Below, one piece after another: positions 23,396-35,960 of a stretch of 64,000 bases of DNA (positions are counted from its first letter, which is position 1; each line of letters starts with the position of its first letter). Source of the stretch: Squalus acanthias (taxonomy: Eukaryota); the NCBI GenBank assembly GCA_030390025.1, contig CM059432.1:73410001-73474000 (forward strand), given 5' to 3'. The notes under the pieces are model-generated. The model searched no databases, was not told the origin of the DNA, and saw only the letters and a program-made list of their open reading frames with translations. The translations under genes and the position numbers were made by a program.

Positions 23396-26128
23396 GTGTC
23401 TTGCTGCTTGCGAGCACGGATTGCTTCATTACCTGAGGAGTTGTGAATGGAACTGAACACTGTGCAATCATCAGCTAACATCCCCACTTCTGACCCTATG
23501 ATGGAGGGAATGTCATTAATGAAGCAGCTGAAGATGGTTGGGCCTAGGACACTGCCCTGAGAAACTCCAGCAGCGATGTCCTGGGGCTGAAATGATTGGC
23601 CTCCAACAATCACAACCATCTTCCTTTGTGCTAGGTCTGACTCCAGCCAGTGGAGAGTTTTCCCCCTGATTCCCATTGACTTCAATTTGTCTAGGGCTCC
23701 TTGATGCCACACTCGGTCAAATGTTGCCTTGATGTCAAGAGCAGTCACTCTCACCTCAACTCTGGAATTCACCTCTTTTGTCCATATTTGGACCAAGGCT
23801 GCATAAGATCTGGAGCCGATGGTCATGGCAGAACGCAAACTGAGCATAGGTGAGCTGGTTATTGGTGAGTAAGTGCCGCTTGATAGCACTGTCGATGACA
23901 CCTTCCATCACTTTGCTGATGATTGAGAGTAGACTGATGGGGCGGTAATTGGCCGGATTGGATTTGTCCTGATTTTTGTGGACAAGACATACCTGGGCAA
24001 TTTTCCACATTGCCGGGTAGATGCCAGTGTTGTAGCTGTACTGGAACAGCTTGACTAGAGGCACGGCTAGTTCCGGAGCATGTCTTCAGCACTACATTCG
24101 GGATGTTTCGTGGCCCATAGCCTTTGTTATATCCAGTGCGCTCAGCCATTTCTTCATATCACGTGAAGTGAATTGAATAGGCTGAAGACTGACTTCTGTG
24201 ATGGTGGGGACCACAGGAGGAGGCTGAGATGGATCATCTACTCGGCACTTCTGGCTGAAGATGGTTGCGAAAGCTTCAGCCTTGTCTTTTGCACTCACGT
24301 GCTGGGCTCTGCCATCATTGAGGATGGGGATATTCATGGAGCCTCACCTCCCGTTAGTTGTTTAATGGTCCACCACCATTCATGACTGGATTTGGCAGGA
24401 CTGCAGAGCTTTGATCTGATCCATTGGTTGTGGGATCGCTTAGCCCTGTCTATAGCATGCTGCTTCTGCTGTTTAGCATGTACGTAGTCCTGTGTTGTAG
24501 CTTCCCCAGGTTGGCACCTCATTTTTAGATACGCCTGATGCTGCTCCTGGCATGCTCTTCTACACTCCTTATTGAACCAGGGTTGGTCCCCTGGCTTGAT
24601 GGTAATGGTAGAGTGAGGGATATGCCGGGTCATGAGGTAACAGATTGTGGTGGAATACAATTCTGTTGCTGCTGATGGCCCACAGCGCCTCATGGATGCC
24701 CAGTTTTGAGCTGCTAGATCTGTCCTGAATCTATCCCATTTATCACAGTTGTTGTACCACACAACACAATTGAGAGTGTCCTTGGTGTGAAAACGGGACT
24801 TCATCTCCTCAAAGACTGTGTGGTGGTTACTCTTATCAATACTGTCATGGACAGATGCATCTGTGACAGGTAGATTGGTGAGAAAGGGGTCATGTAGGTT
24901 TTTCCCTTGTGTTGGTTCTCTCATCTCTGGGATGGCGGGACTGTCGTATGAGAAGAGATTGAGTAAACTAGGCCTGTATTCTCTTGAATTCAGAAGAATG
25001 AGAGGGGATCTCATTGAAGCATACAAAATTATTACAGGGCTTGATAGGGTTGATGCTGGGAGAATGTTTCCCTTGGCTGGGGAGTCTAGAACCAGGGGCC
25101 ACAGCCTCAGGATAAAGGGTAGGCCATTCAGGACTGAGATGAGAAGAAATTTCTTCACACAGAGGGTGGTGAATCTTTGGAATTCTCTACCCCAGAGGGC
25201 CGTGGAGGCTCAGTCATTGGATATATTCAAAACAGAAATCGATAAATTTCTGACTAGTAAGGGCATCAAGGGATATGGCGATAGGGCCGATGAATGGAGT
25301 TGAGGCAGAAGATCAGCCATGATCTCATTGAATGGCAGAGCAGGCTTGAAGGGCCGAATGGCCTACTCCTGCTCCTATTGCTTATGTTCTTATGTTCTCA
25401 TCACCTGCCGCAGGCCGAGTCTGGCAGCTATGTCCTTCAGGACTCGGGCAGCTCAGTCAGTAGTGGTGCTACCGAGCCACTCTTGGTGTTGGACATTGAA
25501 ATTCCCCACTCAGAGTATGTTCTGTGTCCTTGTTACCCTCAGTGCTTCTTCCAAGTGGTGTTCAACATGGAGGAATATTAATTCATCAGCTGAAGGAGGG
25601 CAGTAGGAGGTAATCAGCAGATAGTTTCCTTGCCCATGTTTGACCTGATGCCATGAGACTTCATGGTGTCCAGAGTCAATGTTGCGGACTCCCAGGGCCA
25701 CTCCCTCCTGACTGTATACCACTGTGCCACCACCCCTGGTGGGTCTGTCCTACCGCTGGGACAGGACATATTCAGGGATGGTGATGGAGGAGTCTTGAAC
25801 GTGTATACCACTGTGCCACCACCTCTGGTGTCTGGAACATTGGCTGAAAGGTATGCTTCTGTGAGTATGAGTATGTTAGACTATTTCTTGACTAGTCTGT
25901 GGGACAGCTCTCCCAATTTTGGCACAAGTCCCCAGATGTTAGTGAGGAGGACTTTGCAGGGTTGACTGGGCTGGGTGTGGCTTTGTCATGTCCGATGCCT
26001 AGGTTGATGTTGGGTGGTACGTCCGATTTTATTCTTAGTATACTTCTTTGTAGCGGTTTGGTACAACTGAATGGCTTGCTGAGCCATTTCAGAGGGCAGT
26101 TAAGTATCAGCCGCATTGCTGTGGATCT
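23396..26128 (-). mobile_element. LINE family B (APE + RT non-LTR retrotransposon, clade unresolved), degenerate
   Basis: DQPWFNKECR, NYRPISLLS, LDIKATFDRVWH, QGSVLGP, ADD motifs; homologous to 27560, 32675 and 35960 copies. Confidence 0.9.
24926..25395 (+). mobile_element. 5'-truncated CR1 nested in LINE family B
   Basis: Uninterrupted ORF2 C-terminus (LSYEKRL...RNFFTQRVVNLWNSLP), TTATGTTC tail, TSD TCTCATC at 24919-24925 and 25396-25402. Confidence 0.92.
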
Positions 26129-26134
26129 GTAATT

Positions 26135-26265
26135 TCATACTCCAGTTTCAACTCCAAAGGGTTCTGTGAGGGCTCCATTGTGTACTATTCTGGATGATGA
26201 ATTTTGGTATGTTTTTCCAGTTATGGTAATAAATGTCTTTGGCATTCCATAGTGTCTCATCAATT
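26135..26265 (-). mobile_element. RTE-clade LINE RT fragment
   Basis: MRHYGMPKTFITI...RIVHNGALTEPFGVETGV resembles the RTE RT segment preceding the QG motif. Confidence 0.6.
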
Positions 26266-26979
26266 TATATAATGTATTAAAATTCTTATGTAGGTCATGT
26301 GCTCCATTGAAAAGTACTAAATACACATTTCCTATTGGAGTTCCAATGTTAAAATGTCCACTTATTTGTTGCATTTCACATTACCACCAGTAGGCGATGC
26401 TTTAGTGAGTTCCAATGTTAATTTTATAACTGTCCTGTTACAGCTTCCTATAACACTACCACATAATGTTGTACAGCCTGTTCATTCTGCAGATACCGCT
26501 GAGAGTACATTAATATATTTTTAATTTATTTTTTAAGAACTATCAAAAATATTTCCCTTGCCTGGTTTCGCTCTGTGGTCTCATTCACGGTTTCTCTGTG
26601 CCCTCAGGCAATATTTTTTTGTGCTCCCTGTCCCTGGCATGCTCTGATCCCTTTGACCTTCTTGTTGTAGTCAGGCCTTCTCCGCCATAGTGCCCACTCC
26701 ACTGATTTCTATCTTTAGGAATCACTGACAATTCTGCTGCACTATCTTTCCTCACTCTGTCAGCCTGCAGGAGTGCTCCTCTTGGCTCCACAGCAATACA
26801 GTGGGCTGCTGCCAGCTTTTTTTTATTCATTAACGGGATATGGGCGTTGCTGGCTTGTGCTCACCTTCGTTGTAGCCTACCTCTGCTGCTGTTTAGGCAA
26901 CTCATTGGGGTCATTGGCCATGGGAGTAGTGGGCACGCTTTGTCATCCAGAAGCCATCCGTGGAATTACGGAGGATGAA

Positions 26980-29430
26980 GCATCATGACAACTTCCTGCT
27001 TATCAGGCATTAATGTGCAGGATCCTCTGATTGTTGTCACACACCATTTGGACATTGAGGGAATGGAAGCCGTACCTATAGACTTACTTGAGCGAGGGTT
27101 CTGTGGGAGCCCTCAAAGCAAAGTGTCATCGATTGGATCCTGGGCCTTTGGGAAACCAGCAACACTATAAAACTGTAATGCTCTATTATGCTGCTGCCTT
27201 GCTGTAATGCCAAAGGTGATGAATTGGCCCACTCTCCTGTAAAGGGCTTCAGTGACCTGACAAATGCCTGTCAGTACTGCACCCTGGCTGATGTTGCTTT
27301 GATCCCCTGTGGCTACCTGAAATGACCTTGTGCCATACAAGTTGAGGGCAATGGTCACCTTCACAGTCACGGAGAGAGCAGTGCAGGCAGATGAGCAGGG
27401 CTTGAGGTCCTCCCGCAACAGGTCACAGAGATGCCCGATTGGCGCTTTGCTGAACCACAATCTACTGATGCACAATTCCTCAAAAAGATCCTCATAAGAC
27501 CTGTGCTGCTTGTATAATCTATATGGGAGTCGGGGGGGGGGGGGGGGGGGATAATAACTTCTTTTTTAAATTCATTTATTGGATGTGGGCGTCGCTGGCA
27601 AGGCCGGCATTTATGGCCCATAACTAATTGCCCTTGAGAAGGTGGTGGTGAGCCGCCTTCTTGAACCGCTGCAGTCCCTGTGGTGAAGGTACTCCCACAG
27701 TGCTATTAGGGAGGGAGTTCCAGGATTTTGACCCAGTGACGATGAAGGATCGGCGATATACTTCTAAGTCAGGATGGTGTGTGACTTGGAGGGGAACTTG
27801 GAGGTAGTGGTGTTCCCATGCGCCTGCTGCCCTTGTCCTTCTCGGTGGAAGAGGTCGCGGGTTTGGGAGGTGCTGCTGAAGAAGCCTTGGCGAGTTGCTG
27901 CAGTGCATCTTGTAGATGGTACACACTGCAGCCACGGTGCGCCGGTGGTGGAGGGAGTGAATGTTTAAGGTGGTGGACGGGGTGCCAATCAAGCGGGCTG
28001 CTTTGTCCTGGATGGTGTCGAGCTTCTTGAGTGTTGTTGGAGCTGCACTCATCCAGGCAAGTGGAGAGTATTCCATCACACTCCTTACTTGTGCCTTGTA
28101 AATGGTGGAAAGGCTTTGGGGAGTCAGGAGGTGAGACACCCGCCGCAGAATACCTAGCCTCTGACCTGCTCTTGTTGCCACAGTCTTTATGTGGCTGGTC
28201 CAGTTAAGTTTCTGGTCAATGGTGACCCCCAGGATGTTGATGGTAGGGGATTCGGCGATGGTAATGCCGTTGAATGGGGAGGTGGTTAGACTCTTGCTTG
28301 TTGGAGATAGTCATTGCCTGGCACTTGTGTGTGCGAATGTTACCTGCCACTTATCAGCCCAAGCCTGAATGTCGTCCAGGTCTTGTTGCATGCGGGCATG
28401 GACTGCTTCATTATCTGAGGAGTTGTGAATGGAACTGAACACTGTGCAGTCATCAGCGAACATCACCATTTCTAACCTTATGTTGGAGGGAAGGTCATTG
28501 ATGAAGCAGCTGAAGATGGTTGGGCCTAGGACACTGCCCTGAGGAACTCCTGCAGTGATGTCCTGGGGCTAAGATGATTGACCTTCAACCACGACAACCA
28601 TCTTCCTTTGTGATTCCAGCCAGTGGAGCGATTTTCCCCCGATTCCCAATGACTTCAGTTTTACTAGGGCTCCTTGATGCCACACTCGGTCAAATGCTGC
28701 CTTGATGTCAAGGGCAGTCACTCTCACCTCACCTCTGGAATTCAGCTCCTTTGTCCATGTTTGGACCAAGGCTGTAATGAGGTCGGGAGCCAAGTGGTCT
28801 TGGCGGAACCCAAACTGGGCATCAGTGAGCCGGTTATTGGTAAGTAAGTGCCGCTTGATAGCACTTTTGATGACACCTTACATCACTTTGCTGATGATTG
28901 AGAGTAGACTGATGGGGCGGTAATTGGCTGGATTGGATTTGTCCTGCTTCTTGTGGACAGGACATACCTGGGCAGTTTTCCACATTGTCGGATTGATGCC
29001 AGTATTGTAGTTGTAGTGGAACAGCTTGGCTAGAAGCGCGGCTAGTTCTGGAGCACAAATCCTCAGCACGATAGCTGGGATGTTGTCGGGGCCCATAGCC
29101 TTTTCTGTATTCAGTGCGCTCAACAATTTCTTGATATCACGTGGAGTGAATCGAATTGGCTGAAGACTGGCTTCTGTGATGGTGGGGACCTCAGGAGGAG
29201 GCCGATATGGATCATCCACTCGGCACTTCTGGCTGAAGTTGGTTGCAAACCTGGTGGGCAGTATCCTCCCTAAATGGTGCCTGACTCATTAGCTCCATCC
29301 CGTACTGTTCCTCTTCCTCCTTCATGATAATGGCTTACAATGGTACGTCCATATGGAATGCCATACCTGCTCCGCAGAAGCTTTGACTTCAGGTAGGAGG
29401 TGCTGTGAGGGGGAGTCCAAAATTATGCCG
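26980..29430 (-). pseudogene. Old Harbinger transposase split by the LINE at 27560-29250
   Basis: 27113-27475 VKVTIALNLYGTRSFQ...AGFP; FHSLNVQMVCD and GSCHDA downstream; probable N-terminal part at 29250-29430. Confidence 0.7.
27560..29250 (-). mobile_element. LINE family B, 5'-truncated with intact 3' end
   Basis: ORF ends AAHHHLLKGN*, short 3' UTR and A-rich tail; RT motifs upstream. Confidence 0.9.
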
Positions 29431-30136
29431 GTGGGCTGACTCTGTCAAAAGCAAGTACAGGTACTTGTGGTCATAAATCCAAACCAAAAACACTTAAAAA
29501 AGGATTTCCCAGATGCACAAATCAATGTTTAAACTCTCCTAACTTCAAGCTCACAAACTTCTCAATTTTGTCTTGATTATGTGATCCTGGCAGTGACCTG
29601 AACCTCATAAATCTCAGTCTAACTTAGACAGAGTGCACTCGCAGTGCAAACCCAGGAAACTCTCAGATGCCACACCACTGCCTCGCACACTAACTGAGGT
29701 CACTGGGAACTTGACAGGCGGATTGTAGAAAGCCTCAAAAATCCCGAGTCAACTCGGGGGAATGTTTAATGTTGCAAAATGGATGGAAACAACTTCTACC
29801 CAATTTTCCTGTCTAAAAATATTTCCGGCGCTGTTTATACACCGCTAATGCACTGAAAACAGTGAGTAAATTCCACTCTCACTGTATTTTTTTGTAAAGA
29901 CGGTCTTTATTTACATGTGTTTCAAACTTCATGCCTCTGAGATTAAATGTATGTTATAAAAGAAACAGGTTTTAAGCTCGGTCCCTAGGACCACAGCCAT
30001 GCATTTTCTTTATCTTATATTTGTAACTGCCATTACACTTGTCCTGTGACCAAAATTAAAGGCTTAGAAATAAATCTGTATATAGTCTTGGCTTGCTTTT
30101 TAATAGAATACAGAAATAAAATCAGACCTGGTTCTT

Positions 30137-30353
30137 GGAGTTCTCTACCCCAGAGGGCGGTGGATGCTCAGTCGTTGAGTATATTCAAGACTGAGATCGA
30201 TACATTTTTGGGCACTAAGGGAATCCATGGATATGGGGTTCGGGCGGGAAAGTGGAGTTGAGGTAGAGGCTCAGCCATGATCTTATTGAATGGCGGAGCA
30301 GACTCGAGGGACTGTATGGCCTACTCCTGCTCCTATTTCTTATGTTCTTATGA
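30137..30353 (+). mobile_element. CR1 3' end fragment
   Basis: Matches 7470-7682; TTATGTTCTTATG tail. Confidence 0.9.
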
Positions 30354-31449
30354 AGCATTTTTATTTTTTTATATATTGAAAAGATTATTATTTAAATATG
30401 AAAGAGGTGAATAGTAGCAGGACTAGATATCATACACTGGAGAGTCCTTCTATACCCCAAACCACCAATATAAAACATTATCTGCCAATTTAAGCCACAC
30501 CAATTTTAGTAAACTCCATTATGTACAATGAAGGATTTTATAATGAACAAGCTTTAAACAAACCTCCCTGACTGATGAATGAGCCATCTCCCAGATACCC
30601 CACTGCTGATTAAGAGAAATAATGGACTTCAGGTCTTACTCCTATGTTGCTTTAAATCCAGTCTAGGCCAGATGTTGCAATAGCTTTGAGACAACATATT
30701 TTTCTGTGAGAGTTCCTCAAAAGAGACAGCTGGTGGATAGGGGACTTCGACCTGTAACTACCTCCCCAGTGACTGCTGCTAACACCTGTTGTGTTTCAGA
30801 TTTGAAAATATCTATTAAAAAAACGCCTTCTGAATGAGCAACTTAATGCCACACATCTGAAGAAGTAATCTGTAGGAAGGAAAGCATCACTATTCACTAC
30901 CCTTTCTTGATCTGCATCCCTCAGTTCACCATATACCTTTATTTGTTTAGTCTTTGAGAATTTTCCCCCCCGTTAAAGAAACCAACTAAATGGCTTGGCT
31001 TTGTGCTAACTTCAACAATTTCATTAAACTACATTTAGTCATTGGTTAATATTGTCAAATGTATTACATGTAGATCCTATACTAGAATTCTTCGTAAAAC
31101 TTTCAATGAAGTGTATGGGAGAAACAGAGTGAAATAAAGCACATCTATCTCCAGCTGTAACTATGAAAGTAGTCTTAAAGAGAGATAAAGGCCATGAAAT
31201 TCAAATAGGGAGTGTAGGGAACTATCCCTTGGATAGCCCCGAGGCGCACGTAATAGCGGGTCTCGGACTTCATTATCAGCAAACTTACGGGCACCTAATG
31301 GCCATCTCCAGGCAGCTTGCTGGAGAAGAGGCCTCAAAATCTACCCCAATGCCTTTAAACACGGGTAAGAACATAATAGCTGCTTAACAAGTGTAGGTGC
31401 AGGGGAAGATGAAGACAGGGAGTATAGGAAAGATATCAAAGAAAGGAAG

Positions 31450-31608
31450 ATACTGGTTGGTTGCTGGCACAAAGCCTCCAAACGTAGCGTCTCTAATGCC
31501 TTCCACAGTTTCTCTTGGGAACAGAGTGAGGACCTTCTCCTCCAGAGACTGAGGGCCTTGAGGGTTGCATGTCCGGATTCTCTCCTGTTGGTTATGTGCA
31601 ACTTTGTC
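31450..31608 (-). pseudogene. Remnant of Harbinger Myb-partner exon 2
   Basis: After acceptor TTCTGCTTGCAG reads DKVAHNQQER...QSLEEKVLTL, matching exon 2 at 19253. Confidence 0.5.
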
Positions 31609-31837
31609 TGCAAGCAGAACATATAAAGGAACACATTCAACACCCCAAACAGCACATTGGTGCCGACAACATCAGTAATGGCAACCCCACCGTCTCATAA
31701 ATCAAGAGATAAACTCTTAAAAATCAAGAGATTTGGTATAAAAATCATGAGTTGCTATATTTTTTCTGACCCAACCCCTCGCCGACCTTTGCTCCCGGAC
31801 AGGAAACTCATTCAGCCGTCACTAACCGATTACTGAC

Positions 31838-32245
31838 ATAAGAACATAAGAACATAAGAATTAAGAGCAGGAGTAGGCCATACGGCCCCTCGAGCCTGCT
31901 CCGCCATTCAATAAGATCATGGCTGATCTTCAACTTCAACTCCACTTTCCCGCCCAATCCTCATATCCCTTGATTCCCTTAAAGTTCAAAAATCTGTCTA
32001 TCTCAGCATTGAATATAACCAACGACTGGGCATCCACAGCCCTCTGGGGTAGAGAATTCTAAGTGGGATCCTACCCCACCAAGACTGAACTTTACCAAAG
32101 ACTAGATGGAGTCCTAGCCCATCCCCAAGTCTGCATCCTAATATGAATTGTCCACTCTATAGTCTCAGGATAAGGGGTCGACCATTTAGGACTGAGATGA
32201 GGAAAAATTTCTTCACTCAGAGGGTTGTGAATCTTTGGAAACTCT
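31838..32245 (-). mobile_element. CR1 3' end (31838-32060, -) with inverted adjacent segment (32161-32245, +)
   Basis: (ATAAGAAC)n tail; the two pieces are contiguous in the CR1 copy at 7390-7682 but opposite in orientation. Confidence 0.8.
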
Positions 32246-32440
32246 CTACCTCTCTCTCCTCCTTTAAGATGCTCCTTAAAACCTACCTCTTTGACCAAGC
32301 TTTTGGCCACCTGCCCTAATATCTCCTTATGTGGCTCGGTGTCAAATTTTGTTTGCTAATTGCACCTGTGAAGTGCCTTGGGACGTTTTATTACTTTAAA
32401 GACGCTATATAAATACAAGTTGTTGTTGTTGTTGTTGCTG
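32246..32440 (+). mobile_element. L2-type LINE 3' tail
   Basis: CTGTGAAGTGCCTTGGGACG...GCTATATAAATACAAG(TTG)n; reverse complement of 36309-36500. Confidence 0.8.
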
Positions 32441-32674
32441 TTATCGACTTCTGGCCCTCGTTGCCAGGTTACCACTTGCCCTGGCACTCAAACATCACTA
32501 GTGTTCTCTGTAAAGACAATCGCCTGCGGGCGCATAAACCCAGCCCCGTTAAACTGACATGGGGCACAGCGATCCAACAGGGGGGTGAGTTAAACACTGC
32601 GCACTCCCCACCCGCTGTAAGTAGAACTGGTAACTTACAGGGAACTCCGATGGCAGCCAACAGTGGGTAGCAAA

Positions 32675-34965
32675 TGCATTTTTTTATTTCATTCCTGGGA
32701 TGTGGGCATCGCTGGCAAGGCCAACATTTATTGCCCATCCCTAATTGCCCTTAAGAAGGTGGTGGTGAGCCGCCTTCTTGAACCACTGCAATCTGTGTGC
32801 TGAAGGTTCTCCCATAGTGCTGTTAGGGAGGGAGTTCCAGGATTTTGACCCAGCGACGATGAAGGAACGGCAATATATTTCCAAGTCAGGATGGTGTGTG
32901 ACTTGGAGGGGAACTTGGAAGTGGTGGTGTTCCCAAGAGCCAGCTGCCCTTGTCCTTCTAGATGAAAGAGGTCGCGGGTTTGGGAGGTGCTGTTGAAGAA
33001 GCCTTGGTGAGTTGCTGCAGTGCATCTTGTAGATGGTACACACTGCAGCCACAGTACGCCTGTGGTGGAGGGAGTGAACGTTTAAAGTGGTGGATGGGGT
33101 ACCAATCAAGCGGGCTGCTTTGTCCTGGATGGTGTTGAGCTTCTTGAGTGTTGTTGGAGCTCCACTCATCCAGGCAAGTGGAGAGTATTCTATCACACTC
33201 CTGACTTGTGTCTTGTAGATGGTGGAAAGGCTTTGGGGAGTCAGGAGGTGAGACACACGACGCAGAATACCCAGCCTCTGACCTACTCTTGTAGCCACAG
33301 TATTTATGTGGCTGGTCCAGTTAAGTTTCTGGTCAATGGTGACCCCCAGGATGTTGATGGTGGGGGATTCAGCAATGGTAATGCCATTGAATGTCAAGTG
33401 GCAGTGGTTAGACTCTCTCTTGTTGCAGTTGGTCATTGCCTGGTACTTGTGTGGCGCGAATAGTACATGCCGCTTGTCAGCCCAAGCCTGAATGTTGTCC
33501 AGGTCTTGCTGAATATGGACGGCTTCATTATCTGAGGAGTTGCGAATGGAACTGAACACTGCAATCATCAGCGAACATCCCCAATTCTGATCTTATGATG
33601 GAGGGAAGGTCATTGATGAAGCAGCTGAAGATGGTTGGGCCCAGGCACTGCCCTGAGGAACTCCTGCAGCGATGTCCTGGGGCTGCGATGATTGGCCTCC
33701 AACAACCACAACCATCTTCCTTTGTGCTAGGTATGACTCCAACTAGTGGAGAGTTTTCCTCCTGATTCCCATTGACTTCAGTTTTACTCAGGCTCCTTGA
33801 TGCCAGACTCGGGCAAATGCTGCCTTGATGTCAAGGGCAGTCACTCTCACCTCACCTCTGGAATTCAGATCTTTTGGCCATGTTTGGACCAAGGCTGTAA
33901 TGAGGCCTGGAGCTGAGTGGTCCCGGCGGAACCCAAACTGAGCATCGGTGAGCAGGTTATTGGTAATAAGTGTCGCTTGATAGCACTGTCGACGACACCT
34001 TCCATCACTTTGCTGATGATTGAGAGTAGACTGATGGGGTGGTAATTGACAAATTGGATTTATCCTGCTTTTTGTGGACAGGACTTACCTGGGCAATTTT
34101 CCACATTGTCGGGTAGATGCCAGTGTTGTAGCTGTACTGGAACAGCTTGGCTAGAGGCACGGCTAGTTCTGGAGCACAAGTCTTCAGCACGACAACCGGG
34201 ATGTTGTCAGGGCCCACAGCCTTTGCTGTATCCAGTGCGCTCAAGCGTTTCTTAATATCACGTGGAGTGAATCGAATTGGCATAAGACTGGCTTCTGTGA
34301 TGGTGGGGACCTCCAGAGGAGGCCGATATGGATCACCCACTCAGCACTTCTGGCTGAAGTGGTTGCAAATGCTTCAGCCTTGTCTTTTGCACTCACGTGT
34401 TGGGCTCCACCATCATTAAGGATGGGGATATTCATGGAGTCTCATCCTCCCGTTAGTTGTTTAATGGTCCACCACCATTCACAACTGGATGTGGCAGGAC
34501 TGCAGAACTTTGATCTGATCTGTTGATTGTGGGATCGCTTAGCCCTGTCTGTAGCATGCTGCTTCCGATTTTTAGCATGTATGTAGTCCTGTGTTGCAGC
34601 TTCCCCAGGTTGGCACCTCATTTTTAGGTACGCCAGGTGCTGCTCCTGGCATGCTCTTCTACACTCCTTATTGAACCAGGGTTGGTCCCCTGGCTTGGTG
34701 GTAATAGTAGAGTGAGGGATATGCTGGGCCATGAGGTTACAGATTGTGGTGGAATACAATTCTGCTGCTGCTGATGGCCCACAGCGCCTCATGGATGCCC
34801 AGTTTTGAGCTGCTAGATCTGTTCTGAATCTATCCCATTTAGCACGGTGGTAGTGCCACACAACACGATGAAAACGTATGATTCTGTGAGTATGACAATG
34901 TCAGGCTGTTGCTTGACTAGTCTGTGGGACATCTCTGCCAATTTTGGCACAAGTCCCCAGATGTT
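32675..34965 (-). mobile_element. LINE family B with internal deletion near 34870
   Basis: ORFs 32741-33568, 34005-34340, 34442-34861; lacks the sequence seen at about 24775-25845 in the other copy. Confidence 0.9.
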
Positions 34966-35854
34966 ATCGTGAAGATGATTTCGGTGCGATGCATTGCCGT
35001 CCAAGCGCTGGTGCTACCTTTCGATGATGGTACCGAATTTCTCGTGCATGCGCAAATCAGCAAATTGACATCCTCAAGCATTTGGCGCGAATCCAAAAAA
35101 AAATCCAGAGTTTTCGGAGTTCCATTGCGAGATCATGAGTGATACTTTATTTCACTCAGAAATCGCGTCTCTCGCAATAGATTCGTGGAAGTTGGCAATA
35201 CTGCAACACTTCCACCAGCCGATGCCACTTTGCCAAGAGACTAGCCTGGTCCTTGTGGCAGCATGTACTGAGTTGCAGGAAAACTTGCAAGTACTAAATG
35301 ATAGCTGTTAGAGTAGCTCCTTGCAAATGCGCCCTGTGTTATGTCCGATAAACACTCAAGTTGATACTGACTGCTTTTATTTCAGACTGTCTGGAATATT
35401 CTCTTGATATTAGAGGAAACCTTTGAGTGTAATTTCTACTTGCTCCCATCATGGGGCCCTCTTGTGTTCATTGCACAGCAAAAACAATACCTATAGCCAT
35501 TCTTCTTGTATTGCTGTGGGATGGGAGACATAATATCCTCATTTTGTGTCTCTGATGGGGAAAGGGAGCACCAAATCTTGTGTGCCACACCTTTCAGGGA
35601 GAAATATGTTCAAAAGTGAACCCACTTACAATGTTACTGCTGCAAATTCCTGAAAGCTTCTTCCTATTTGCTCTCCCGTCTGTTGAATCTGGGATCACAC
35701 TGTTGCTTTGTTCTGTCACTGATTTCCACACAGCTTGTACATTGGCCTTTACATTAGATTGGCCCTCTGCCCCAAAAAGAGCTACCATCCATTGATGCAC
35801 CTCCCATAGGAGGACCTCAGGGCCGCATCACCGAATGGCAGTTTTTCTTTTATA

Positions 35855-35960
35855 TAGAAACAGAAAACGCTGGAAATACTCAGCAGGTCAGGCAGCATCT
35901 GTGGAGAGAGAAACAGAGTTAACGTTTCAGGTCGATGACCTTTCGTCAGAACTGGACAAA
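35855..35960 (-). mobile_element. Penelope-type pLTR fragment
   Basis: Reverse complement reads CTGACGA...GAAACGTTAACTCTG...CCACAGATGCTGCCTGACCTGCTGAG; related to 47591-47732 and 51300-51590. Confidence 0.75.
35917..35953 (-). ncRNA. Minimal type I hammerhead ribozyme
   Basis: Minus strand AGTT-CTGACGA-A-AGGTC(ATC)GACCT-GAAA-CG-TT-AACT: 4-bp stem I, 5-bp stem II, palindromic AACGTT stem III. Confidence 0.8.

Larger units (their letters stand above)
31673..35203. mobile_element. Candidate non-autonomous DNA transposon (hAT-like termini) hosting nested retroelements
   Basis: Termini CAGTAATGGCAAC / GTTGGCAATACTG (11/13 inverted match); flanks CAACAT/CAACAC. Confidence 0.4.

Noticed and set aside
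24334..25158. 274-aa ORF as a novel fusion protein
   Set aside because: Chance read-through from an antisense CR1 insert into the host LINE ORF
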